A stretch of 63,959 nt of DNA, counting the filler, from Welwitschia mirabilis (taxonomy: Eukaryota): assembly GCA_051453625.1 (NCBI GenBank). It is 5 parts of one record of this genome, joined end to end, with 100 filler letters (N's around TTAATTAATTAA, not from the genome) between each part and the next. Parts side by side here need not be neighbours in the genome. Positions count along the whole stretch, not along the records: positions 1 to 22,324 come from JBOZIK010000001.1; 4 more parts are not named here. One strand, 5' to 3'. Positions 1 through 12,009 of this stretch are shown piece by piece (within the stretch, counting starts at the first letter, position 1; each line of letters starts with the position of its first letter). The notes beneath the pieces were generated by a model. It searched no databases. It had not been told where the DNA came from and saw nothing but the letters and a program-made list of their open reading frames with translations. A program made the translations under genes and the position numbers.

Positions 1-39
1 AAGAAGAAATAAATCTAACTTTGTTTTTATAGCATCATC

Positions 40-1182
40 TATAGGATCGTGAACCTTGGTGGGTTGAATAGGACTTCTAAAAAATTTAAACAATTATTAC
101 TACCTAATAAAGAAATTATCACATAAAAACATATAACAAAATAAAATTAGATGAAGAACTAAAGAAATACACAATATAAGATTTATAGTGGTTTGGGAAA
201 CATCCTACTCCACTCTCAGAAGATAGTTTATAACTAAAACTATTTTGGATCTTTATTGCATCACTATGCACTAGGATTTCAAGGCTAATTTTCAACCTTA
301 CAAAGTAAACTTTTGTAGGCTAAGTCTCAACCTTTTCAAATAGACTTTTGAAGGATAAGTTTTAACCTTTAAAAAATTCATAATGGTGAGTGAGGGAATG
401 AAGCATCTATGCTCTAAATCACTCAAGTAAAAGGACTAACAATGGAGCCTTATTGCTCAAATTTAATAAAAAGACAAGTGCAAAGTGAGAGAAGAATAAT
501 AGTACAAAGACAAGCCCTTCATATCAAGAGTGCAATCTTCCTTTTCAAAAATCCATTCCAATGTTAAGATTTGAGGTTTTTGAGTGTTTCTTCTTATTTA
601 TGAATTTCCCTAAAATATAACCATTTGGATAGTTGGAAAGCAATATGACATTTGTAATAGATTAGATTTGGTGAATTAATGATTAATCACTTTAAAATTT
701 CTGCTTTTGTGCTAATAGGTCGACCCCTCAAAACATCTGGTTAACTTGAGTGCCTTACATTACTTAATTTGGTTACCTTCTTTATTGTCTAGTCAACTTG
801 AGTAGCTCACATTACTTGGTCTAGTTGCCCTCATATAAAATCTGGTCGACCACTTTTATTCAAGTCTAATTAACCGCACATGAGTCTAGTCAACCCCATA
901 TGATATAGTAAATATTGGAAAGCTTTAATACAACTTAAAGTCCGGTCAACCCTTAAAAATCTAGTTGACCCCATATGAAATAGCCCAAAATGAGTATTTA
1001 CAAGTTTGATTGGCTCCTATATTAAGTCCTTAGATAGAAATTCAAGTTACTTTATTTAGAACATGTCCAAATCTTTCTTTCTTTTAGATATAGATCCTGT
1101 AGTTTCTTGTACCTATAAAATTACTTTCATTCTATAAAGATCATACTAGTTTGACATCAATTGGAAAAATAAAATCTTAAAA
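40..1182 (-). repeat. 3' LTR of the copia composite
   Basis: Starts TATAGGATCGTGAACC on + (decayed TGTAGG), aligns with 3396 and 5564 onward, and ends ...AATCTTAAAA next to the PPT. Contains GGTCGACC-type palindromes. Confidence 0.85.
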
Positions 1183-1198
1183 ATCTTTCCCTTTGACA
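1183..1198 (-). promoter_or_regulatory. Polypurine tract, with a second copy at ~1394-1410
   Basis: Reverse complement TGTCAAAGGGAAAGAT abuts the LTR. The second copy reads TGTCAAAGGGGAAGAA. Multiple PPTs are a Sirevirus trait. Confidence 0.75.
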
Positions 1199-2341
1199 TT
1201 TATGGCAAACAAATAAGTGATTTCAAGATCAAATAAATATTTCATCTTGTAAGCTCTTTCTAACAAGGCATATTAACATAATAAAAGATCTTCCTTTCAC
1301 AAAGTCATATAAACAATATCTAGCAAAGGGTGTAAATAATATTTTTAAAACAAACCATTTTTATTTCATTAATATTTTTAAAAACATCATATTTTCTTCC
1401 CCTTTGACATCAATGGTAAAGAATAAAAAAAGAGAGATAAAGAGCTATAAACGTTAGACCNNNNNNNNNNNNNNNNNNNNNNNNNNNNNNNNNNNNNNNN
1501 NNNNNNNNNNNNNNNNNNNNNNNNNNNNNNNNNNNNNNNNNNNNNNNNNNNNNNNNNNNNNNNNNNNNNNNNNNNNNNNNNNNNNNNNNNNNNNNNNNNN
1601 NNNNNNNNNNNNNNNNNNNNNNNNNNNNNNNNNNNNNNNNNNNNNNNNNNNNNNNNNNNNNNNNNNNNNNNNNNNNNNNNNNNNNNNNNNNNNNNNNNNN
1701 NNNNNNNNNNNNNNNNNNNNNNNNNNNNNNNNNNNNNNNNNNNNNNNNNNNNNNNNNNNNNNNNNNNNNNNNNNNNNNNNNNNNNNNNNNNNNNNNNNNN
1801 NNNNNNNNNNNNNNNNNNNNNNNNNNNNNNNNNNNNNNNNNNNNNNNNNNNNNNNNNNNNNNNNNNNNNNNNNNNNNNNNNNNNNNNNNNNNNNNNNNNN
1901 NNNNNNNNNNNNNNNNNNNNNNNNNNNNNNNNNNNNNNNNNNNNNNNNNNNNNNNNNNNNNNNNNNNNNNNNNNNNNNNNNNNNNNNNNNNNNNNNNNNN
2001 NNNNNNNNNNNNNNNNNNNNNNNNNNNNNNNNNNNNNNNNNNNNNNNNNNNNNNNNNNNNNNNNNNNNNNNNNNNNNNNNNNNNNNNNNNNNNNNNNNNN
2101 NNNNNNNNNNNNNNNNNNNNNNNNNNNNNNNNNNNNNNNNNNNNNNNNNNNNNNNNNNNNNNNNNNNNNNNNNNNNNNNNNNNNNNNNNNNNNNNNNNNN
2201 NNNNNNNNNNNNNNNNNNNNNNNNNNNNNNNNNNNNNNNNNNNNNNNNNNNNNNNNNNNNNNNNNNNNNNNNNNNNNNNNNNNNNNNNNNNNNNNNNNNN
2301 NNNNNNNNNNNNNNNNNNNNNNNNNNNNNNNNNNNNNNNNN

Positions 2342-3325
2342 TTTGGGTAGAGACTTGTTTGGAAATAAATTTAAATGATAATGCATTAATATTTGCAAAA
2401 TACATACTTTTTCTATATGGATAGTTAAATTTTGAATGACCAAGTTTACAATAATAATAATAACTAATATTTATAGTAAAAGATGTTATACCTATACTAC
2501 TCGCCTCACTGGATGAAGTTGATGTATTATTTCCTTCAAATTCAATATCCTTTTTGTCATGTACAAGTTATTCCAATTTAACAATCTTCATAAGTTTCTT
2601 TGATCCTTTTATAAATCTACTTAAGACTTGTGAACATTGGCTTAACTTCTTCATGATATTTGTATTTTCTTCTTAAATATCTTTGTACCTTTGATTTATG
2701 GCTTCATTCTCCTTTTTCAAATCCTTAATGATAATGTTCATTTCATTGAATTTTAGGGTAATCCTTTTATATTCTTGATATAGTTTAAGACATGTATCTT
2801 TAACATCCTCCTCTTTTTTACATTCAGTCATGTCCAAATCATCATGCTAAAGGAGTTTTGGTGGCTAAGTAGTAGGATTCACATGTGCCATGAAAGATAA
2901 TGTTCTATGTTCTTCATTTAATATTTATTATTCTTCTTCTTTTCTTCTTACTTGAAAATGGATATTCCTTCACAAGAAAAAGCAAGAATATCCCATGCTT
3001 CTTTGGTAGTTTGGTAGTTTACTATTCTCTTGAACTCATCTATAGTCATAGCACAAAAAATTGTATTCAAAGCATGAGCATTAATAGTAGCAATAGCTTT
3101 ATCTAATTTAGTTGATCTATTTTTTTGTTTTAACACTACTATATAATTGCCACTGACATTCTTTTGAGCTATGGAAGGATGGATATAACCTGTGATCAAA
3201 ATATCCTTATAATCTATATCAAGAGATCTTGAAAATATTCTCATTCTAGCCTTTTAATATCTATAGTTTGTTCCATCAAATAGTAAAGGCTTAAAAATAG
3301 AGAAACCTTCTACAATAAAACTCAT
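2342..3325 (-). pseudogene. gag: Copia (SIRE-type) gag, internally deleted
   Basis: ORF 2948-3244 MRIFSRSLD...ALNTIFCAM...EFKRI...KEAWDIL is a copia gag N-terminus. It is followed by a coiled-coil region and a decayed C-terminal Zn-knuckle-like motif, with stops and frameshifts. Confidence 0.85.
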
Positions 3326-3381
3326 GGATAGGGTTACTGAGTTAAAGATTGATTAAAATCTTATAGTTGACTCAACCTAAA

Positions 3382-3393
3382 GCTTTAATATCA
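3382..3393 (-). promoter_or_regulatory. Primer binding site (tRNA-iMet), decayed
   Basis: Reverse complement TGATATTAAAGC vs consensus TGGTATCAGAGC, 2 bp from the LTR end. Confidence 0.7.
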
Positions 3394-3395
3394 TA

Positions 3396-4367
3396 TTTAG
3401 GATTATGAACCCTAGAGGGGGCTGAATAAGAATTCTAAAAATTTAAATAATTATTACTACCTAATAAAGAAATTCTCACATAAAAACATATAACAAAACA
3501 ANNNNNNNNNNGAGGTACATCCTATTCTACTCTCAGAAGATAGTCAATGACCAAGACTATTCTGGATCATTGTTGTATTACTATGCACTAGGTTTTCAAG
3601 GTTAACCTTCAACCTTATAAAGCAAACTTTTGCAGGCTAAGTCTTAACCTCTTCAAAAATAGTTTTGTAAGATAAGTCTTAACCTTTAAAAAATGCATAA
3701 TGATGAGTGACGGAATGAACCCCCTATGCTCTAGATCACTCAAGTGAAAGAACTAATAATGAAGCCTTAATGCTCAGATTTGATACAAAGGTAATTGTGG
3801 AGTAAAAGAAGAATAATAGTACAAAGATAAACCCTTCAGATCAAGAGTGCAATATTTCTTTTTAAAAATTCATTTCAATGTTAAGCCTTGGGGTTTTTAA
3901 GTATTACCTCTTATTTATAGATTTCACCAAAATATAACCATTTGGATAATTGATAAGCAATCTGACATTTGTAATACATAGATTTGGCAAAGTAATGGTT
4001 AGAAAATCACTTTAAAATTTCTGCTTTCATGCTGACTGGTCAACCCCTGAAAACATCTAGTTAACCTGAGTGACTTACATTACTTAATCCAGTTACCTTC
4101 TTTATCATTTTATTGATCCAAGTAACTTACATTACTTGGTCTGATTACATCCATATAAAATTCAGTCGACTGTGTTTCTTCAAGTCTAGTCAACTGCACA
4201 TGAGTCTAGTCATTTGATGAGACATAATGCATATTGAAGAGCTTAAAAAATACAAATCCAAGTTCAGTCGACCCCTTAAAAATCTAGTCAACCCCATATG
4301 AAATAGTCCAAAATGAGTATTTCCACATTTGTTAGACTCCTACATTAAGTCCTTGGACAAAAACTCA
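3396..4367 (-). repeat. Middle LTR of the copia composite, truncated by a gap
   Basis: Colinear with LTR 40-1182 and has the same internal repeat architecture. Confidence 0.85.
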
Positions 4368-4466
4368 NNNNNNNNNNNNNNNNNNNNNNNNNNNNNNNNN
4401 NNNNNNNNNNNNNNNNNNNNNNNNNNNNNNNNNNNNNNNNNNNNNNNNNNNNNNNNNNNNNNNNNN

Positions 4467-5493
4467 NTTCATAAATCTACTTAAGACTTGTGAAGATTAG
4501 CTTAAATTATCCATGATACTTATGTCTTCTTCTTGAATTTCTTTGTCTCTTTAATTTATGGCTTCATTCTCCCTTTTCAAATCCTTAATAATATTTTTTA
4601 ATTCATTGACTTTTATAGCAAGCCTATCACATTCTTGATATAGTTTAAAACATGTGTCTTCAACATCCTCCTCTTCTTCATCTTAACTCATGTCCAAATC
4701 ATCATTCTCAAAGAGTTTTAATGATTGAGTAGTAGGATTCACATCTACCATGAATTATAATATCCCATGATCTTTAGGTTCTTCATGTGAGCTTTCTTCC
4801 TACATACTTTTAAAAGAAAAACACTTTTTTCTATTCTTAAAAAATTTTTAACTCATAAGTTTGAAGGTTATCTTGTAGTTCTTCTAGTGAAAGTTTACTA
4901 AGATCTTTACTTTCTACAATTATAGTCACCATTGATTCAAATCTCTATGGAAGGAATCTTAAAATTTTCCTTATTATCTTGAATTCTTTTATCTTTTCTC
5001 CAAGGCTTGCCATCAAGTTTATAATGCCCATTAGGTTGGTAAAAAATTTTTGAAGAGTATCTTTCTCATCCATCTTAATCTCTTTAAATTTTATAATCAG
5101 CATCTACATCTTTACTTGTTTGATAGTGGATGTCCCTTCATAAGCAACAACAAGAATATCCCATGCTTCTTTAGTAATCTAGCAGTTTCCTATCCTTTTA
5201 AACTCATCTACATTCATAGCACAAAAAATTGCATTTAAATTATCAGCATCAATAGTAGCATTAGCTTTATCTAATTTAGTCCATTTATTTTTTGGTTTTA
5301 ACACTACTATACAATTACCACTAACATCCTTTTGAGTTTTAGTAGGATGACTATAATGTGTTAACAAAACATCCTCATAATATAAATCAAGAGCTCTTAA
5401 GAAAATTCTCATTCTAGATTTCTAATATTCATAGTTTATTCCATCAAATAGTGGAGGCCTAGAAATAAAGAAACCTTCTGCAAGAAAACTCAT
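4467..5493 (-). pseudogene. gag: Copia (SIRE-type) gag, second copy
   Basis: ORF 5179-5412 MRIFLRALD...LNAIFCAMNVDEFKRI, continuing ...RKILRFLP.RFESMVTII.ESKDLSKLSLEELQDNLQTYE (UBN2-type gag). Confidence 0.85.
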
Positions 5494-5549
5494 GGCTAGG
5501 GTTATTGTGTCAAATATTCATTAAAATATTAGTATTAACTCAACCTACT

Positions 5550-5561
5550 ACTCGGATATCA
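5550..5561 (-). promoter_or_regulatory. Primer binding site (tRNA-iMet), decayed
   Basis: Reverse complement TGATATCCGAGT vs TGGTATCAGAGC, adjacent to the LTR that starts TGTAG at 5564. Confidence 0.7.
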
Positions 5562-5563
5562 TA

Positions 5564-6802
5564 TGTAGAATTGTGAACCCTAGAGGGAAGAGGGGTTGGT
5601 GGGGAAGGGGGGAGGGGGGACTTCTAAAAAATTTAAAAATTATTACTACCAAAAGAAATTATGCATAAAAAATATAATAAAATGAAATCAAAAAGCAAAA
5701 CCAAAATAAATGCATAAGAAAAGATTTATAGTGGTTTGGGATACACCCTACTCCACTCTTAGAAGATAGTTAATGATCAAGAACACTTTGAATCTTTGTT
5801 GCATCACTATGCAATAAGCTTTTAAGGATAACCTTCAACCTTACAAAGTGGACTTTCCCAAGCTAAGTATTAACCTTCATAAATAGACTTTTGCAAGCTA
5901 GTTCTCAACCTATTTAAATGGACTTTTGCAAGCTAAGTCTCAACCTCTTCAAATGGACTTTTATAGGCTAAGTTTCAACCTCTTTAAATAGACTTTTATA
6001 GGATAAGTCTTAATATTTAGAAAATGTACAATGATGATTGAAATAATAAAGCCTCTATGGTCTAGATCACTCAAATGAAAGAACAAAAAATGGAGCCTTA
6101 TTGCTCAAATTTGATACAAAGTTAAGTGCTAAGTAAGAGAAGAATGATAGAACAAAGAGAAGCCCTTTAGATCAAGAGTGTAACCTTCCTTTTAAAAAAT
6201 CCAATCCAATGTTGAGCTCTATGATTTTTGAGAATTCCCTCTTATTTATAAATTTTTGAAAATATAACTATTTAAATAGTAGACACAAATCTGACATTTG
6301 TAATAGATAGATTTGGTGAAGTAATAGTTAGAAAACTGCTTTAACATTTCTGCTTCCATGCTATCTAGTCAACCCCTTAAAACATCTAATTGATCCCTTC
6401 CCATTCGGTTCAAGGATACTAGTTCTTAAAGTCATAGGTCTGATTGACCCCTCAAAAATTTTATTGACCACTTTTCTCCATATTTGATTGACTTCACATG
6501 AGTTTGATCAACCCCATGGAATATTATACACATTTGGAAGCTTGAAAAATGCATGTTTAAGTTTGGTCAACCCATTAAAGTTGTTTGACCCCATATGAAA
6601 TAGCCCAAAATGTGTATTTCCAAGTTTGGTCGACTCCTACATTAAGTCCTTGGACAAAAACTCAAGTTACTTTAATCAAAACATGTCCAAATCGTGCTAT
6701 CTTTTGGGTATGGATCTTTCATTTTCTTGCATCTGTAAAATCATCTTTCAATCTATAAAGATCATATTATTTTAAAATCAATTGGCAAAATAAATCTTAA
6801 CA
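5564..6802 (-). repeat. 5' LTR of the copia composite
   Basis: TGTAG...TTAACA termini. Homologous to the other two LTRs but with an expanded ~31-bp repeat array (~5820-6015) and a different segment at ~6390-6470. Confidence 0.9.
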
Positions 6803-9800
6803 CCATCCACTTGAAGAAAAATGGTCAATGTCTCAAAAGCCAACTTTCTTTAATGATCAACTTGAAGTATAAAACTTGAACATTTTTTATGAATATCAAC
6901 TTGATTTTGACCATCTAGAAATTGATTATTTTAATCTAAAGAGTAGAGAGACTAAGTCTGTCAACTATGCAAAAGTCTAAGATCTAAGTAGAACTAAGAT
7001 TTTATATTTTGAGGGTGATCATTCATTACTAATATTCGGATAACATTCTAAGATGATAGTAAACTTTCTTGTAAATATAATAGAAAATAAAAATCTAAAA
7101 TCAAATATGAATCTAAAACCTTTACCTAGTGGATTAAAATACATTTTTCTAAAAAATGATTTGAACAAACCTTTAATAATTAATAAAAATTATTTTCTTT
7201 ATAAGAATTAAGTTTAATCTCTCTTTTATAATTTAAGGTAAATGCATTTACTTGGTTCCATAAAGATTTGATAGCCATTCCTATCTCAATTATTCAACAT
7301 AAAATCTATCTTGAGGATAATGCAAAACCCATTAGATAACTCCAACATAGAGTTAATTTAGCACTTAAGTAAGTTGTTAAAGATGAAATCATAAAATTAA
7401 TAGATGTTAAAATCATTTATGTCATAGTTCATTGTGAATGGATCAACCCTTTAATAGTAGTACCTAAGAAAAGTGGGAAATAGAGGATGTGGAAAGATTT
7501 TTAGAAAATTAAATGAAGTAACTAAAAAACATCATTATCCTTTACATTTTCTTGATTAGATAATTAATAAAATTCAAGGACATACATTTTATTATTTTCT
7601 TGATCGATATAATAGTTACAATTAGGTTTGTATTACTAGTGAGGACTAAGTCAAAACTACTTTTACCTCATTTTTGGTACTTTTACTTTTTGATGCATGC
7701 CTTTTGGACTTTGTAATTCTTGTAGTACTTTTTAGCATGCTATGATGGTTATTTTTTTCTGAGATGTTAGAGAATTTGATAGAAATTTTTATATATTACT
7801 TCTTTATTTATGCTAAAACCTTTAAACCAAATTTAAAATGATTAGAGAAAGTCCTTGATACATGCATTTCTAGTAGTTTACATTTGAGTTGGGAAAAAAG
7901 TTTTTTTAAATTAAAAGTGGGATTGTTTTAGATTATCATATTTCAAAATAGGGGATTAGAATGAGCCCTAAAAAGTTGATATTATTTAAAACCTAAATTC
8001 CCCTACTAATATAAAATAGATTACCTATTTTCTTGGTTATTATGGTTTTTATCATTAATTTATTCATGGTTATGCAAACATTTATAAACCCTTTTACTCG
8101 TTACTAGAGAATTAATCCTATCAGCTTGTTTTTCATAGAATTAAATGTAAAACTTCTTATGCTTCTATTATAATGGGATCTGATTGGGAAAAAGATTTTG
8201 AATTGATATGTGGTGCTAAGAATTTTTCTATGGGTGGGGTAATTTGTCAAAAATTAGAAAATGATTTTAAAGTTATATCTTATCATAGGAAATCTCTATC
8301 TAAAACTTAAATGAATTACATTACTATAGATAAGGAAATATTAGCAATTATCTTTGCTTTAATATGATTAGAAATTATCTTTTGAAATTTCATATAAATG
8401 TTTATACTAATCATGTTGTGATTTATTACCTTATGAATAAGAAAGATTCTAGTACTAAATCGATCAAAAGGGTCCTCTTATGTAAGAATTTAACTTGACC
8501 ATTATTGATAAAATAGGGAAGCATAATTATATTACTAATCATTTCTATTGTCTTTCTTATTTTATTAATGATTCTGTTACTGATGATTCTTTTCTAAATG
8601 AGCAACTTTTTACTATATCTTCTACTCATCCTCCACCTTGATATGCTGATATTGTTAATTACCTTGTTACCATGAAAACACCATAGCATTGGACTTGTAA
8701 TCAATACAAACCTTTTTTTCATAGAATAGATGATTATAAGTGGATAAAACCACATTTGTATCATAGGTATAAAGACCAAATTATGCAAAAATGGATGCCT
8801 GATGGGGAAAAATCTAAAATCCTTAATTGTTATCATGGTGGTATTTGTAGAGGTCAATTTAGTAGATAGAAAATGGATATGAAAACTCCTTGTTTTAGTT
8901 TCTATTGGCCTACTTATTTTTAGGATTCTTTTGATTTTTCTAGAAGATGTGATTCTTGTTAGTATTATGGTATCCTTAGTTGTGTTTAGCAGATATCCCT
9001 TAGATCTATCCTTAAATGTAAACCTTTTGAATATTTGGGTATTAATTTTATAGACCCTATTCACCTAGCTTCTCATAATAAACATTACATTTTAGTGGTT
9101 GTAGATTATGTTAATAAATGGGTTGAAGCTATTCCTACTTTTTTGAATGATGTCTAGAACTTATATTTTTTAGAGATTTGGTTTTATTAAGATTATCATT
9201 AGTGATCAAGAAGCTTATTTTATTAATCAACTTTTTAGAAAACTTCTTTTGTTAAGTGGAATAGAACATAGAGTAGCTTATACGTATCATCCTCAGATCA
9301 ATGGACAAGCTACAAATGCAAATAAATAAATTAAGAAAATGTTGCAAAAACTTATCTTTGTTAATATGAAATATTGGGCTTATAATCTTAATGATGTTCT
9401 TTAGTCTTACCATACTACTTATCCTAGTTCTCTTAGTTTTTTACCTTATGAACTTATGTATGAAAAAGTTTGTGTTTTACTTGTTGATGTATGCTATAAC
9501 TCTTATCATACTTCTTATCAACTTAATCTTGTGGATATTTATAAAAATCTTAAACATAAAACCCAATTAAACCATCTTGATAAAAAATTTACTCATGCTA
9601 TACATCATCAATTAATATATAAAGCCTAAGATAAGTTTAAAAATCATAAAGAGTTGCTTTATAAAAAGTTTGAACCTAGCCAACTTATCCTTTTATATAA
9701 TACTAGAGTACATATTTTGAATAATATGTTGATCTCTAAATGATTAGGTATTTATCTTCTAGATAAAGTGCATTCTAATGGCTTTAATAAAATTTCTGAC

Positions 9801-9943
9801 TTAGAGACTAAGAAGATTCAAAACATTAATGGGAAATAGTTAAAACTATATGAAGGATCTTTTGATGTAACTGTGAACATGGTTGAAGAACTTGTTTTAG
9901 AGGTTCCTCTTATTGAGGAGTACTTCCATTCTATCATTGTCTA
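6803..9943 (+). pseudogene. pol: Ty3/gypsy pol (RT ~7290-7950, RNase H ~8200-8550, integrase ~8640-9900)
   Basis: Decayed motifs QHKIYLEDNAKPI, VVPKKSGK.RM, HYPL.FLD, MPFGLCN, YADIVNYL, ILVVVDYVNKWVEAIPT, TYHPQINGQA, with many TGG>TAG/TGA stops. Confidence 0.9.
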
Positions 9944-12009
9944 AATTTTTTCTTAGCTTATTCCTTTAGTGGATGTTATGATATTACTTGATCATTTTTT
10001 GAAACTTGACTTATATACTGCTTTATGACATTTTTTATGACTAGTATTCACACTTGGGCATTTTACTGTGGTAAGATTCAATTCACCCAATTTTGAGACA
10101 TTCCCATGTCTATAAACTCTACTTTAAAGGAAGATACCTTAGTTCTTATGATAGTTTTTTAATGGTGTAAGGTCTTTAGTTATTTGAAAGTATTCTTTAT
10201 TTTCTTCTATCTCACTTATTTACCTTCATCTTTTTCAGTGTGATCATGTGGAAATTTTTCCCCAAAAAAAGAAGAAATGAAAAAATAAAATAATAACCAT
10301 ATTCTATTGTATTTTGTACTTAAACAAAAATACATAGTCACCATGATGTTCTATCATAAAAGGGTAAATTTTTCAAAGAGAAACATTTAGTAGTATTAGT
10401 AGATAAGAGAACTCTTGTGGGTTCTTACTTTTTTAACTATGGTTATACTTCCCTCATTATGGAAAAGTTATAATAAACTTTGAGGCTATAGAAGACGTGA
10501 TGTTCCTGATGTTATCAAAGGCATTGCTTAATTCCTAGAATCTTAGTATTCCTACATGATTATTTTACTTTTAAGGATTTGGGTGTGTTTATAAGATGTG
10601 AGAAGATGATTTATTTTTGAGTAGCTTTTGATTTTATCATTTATTATTCTAAGTTATTGAGTTTGGTATCACCACAATCACTACCTTTTTAGTGTAACTT
10701 TATGGAGTTTATACATTTTATCATGATTTTTTACTCAGGTGAGTTTATGATGTCTTCCTTAGGGGCTTGCTAGCTTAGAATTTAGGATAGGTAAGCAATA
10801 TTATCCTTGTTCTTTATGTTAATTTTCATTTTAATTTTTTTTGGTTTTTTTAGTTTATTATTTCAAAGTCATTTTTGCATTTTATCATCTTTACTTAGAG
10901 CCTTATCATTTAGTAGTTTTCTTATTATTCATTCATGCATATCGTTTTCAGTTAGCATTTAAATTAATCAAAATATGTTTTACATTTTATAACTTTTGTG
11001 AGATTCCTTGTACCTTTTAAAGTTCTATGCTTTATTTTGCTTTATCTTAGTTCAAAGACATTCATTTAGTTTTATTATTGGCTTTTAACTAGTTAGTTTA
11101 TTTTCTTTAGCCATAGTTTTCTTTTGTTTTGAGTTTTTAACACTTCATTCTAATTTTTCATGATTTTCTTTCTCATTTCCTATTTTTTTAAGCTTTTTAA
11201 TAAAATTTGATACTTTGATGATCATATCTAAGCCTAACTTTCTTGGCTGACATCTTTATTTTTGAAAATATTTTCATAGTCCCATCATTCACTTAGTCAT
11301 TCAGATGATACCAGGTGGACGAAAATCTAATTTTTCTGAGAGCTATCTTAGGGCTATCGTTTAGAAAATATGATAAGACGATAGCATGATAAGAACATGG
11401 ATTATACTTATTATTTTAAGAGGCAATGATCTCTTTAGACCTTGCTAACACCCTATATTTTTTTCTACTTATTTTCACATCCAAATTTATAAGTTTTTAT
11501 TGAATTTCTCAAAATGAGGTATTTTTTCTCCCTTTTGTTTTTTAATTTTTTCTTCTATTTTTTAGTCTTCCAACGCATAGATTTAACGTACGTTTATTAC
11601 TTTTTCATGATTTTTAATTTAGAACTTACAAATTTCATTTTTAATACATATTTTCAAAGTTATGATTAGTTATGCACTTTCCTAGAAAATTCTAATTTTT
11701 CATCTTTCACACTCATTTGCTCAGAAACTATAAGTTAAAATGTAGTGTTACTTTAGGAAAAATTGATTAGTTTGATGTTTTCTATGATTATATTAGATTA
11801 GATTTTTCATTTGAGCACTTCTAAGTTTTACTATGTGTGGGGCCCACTTAAAACACTACTTTTTTATTTTTTGTGCATTTTACACTTTTCTTCTCATAAC
11901 TAGATAATATGGGATGTATTGACACTTTTAAAGGGGGTAGGACATATTTTTATTATTTTTCTTTTTTTAATTGATTTTGTGGGCCATTGTGCATTGATGT
12001 AATGTATTT

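Larger units (their letters stand above)
40..6802 (-). mobile_element. SIRE-related Ty1/copia composite: LTR-gag-LTR-gag-LTR, no pol visible
   Basis: Three homologous LTRs (40-1182, 3396-4367, 5564-6802), two tRNA-Met PBS remnants, two gag remnants, and PPT-like tracts at 1183-1198 and ~1394-1410. Flanks are TCATC (35-39) and CCATC (6803-6807), a 4/5 TSD. Joined flanks match the uninterrupted paralogous gypsy sequence at ~22483-22519. Confidence 0.8.

Noticed and set aside
1410..2443. Long ORFs here and at 20542-21267, 22817-23375, 43564-44392, 48252-48845 and 50353-51360
   Set aside because: They are open only because they run through N gaps.
5820..6015. ~31-bp repeats resembling a CRISPR array
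   Set aside because: Head-to-tail repeats without unique spacers, inside an LTR, with no cas genes and a eukaryotic context.
8594..9064. 156-aa antisense ORF
   Set aside because: Shadow frame of a decayed integrase with no recognisable motif.
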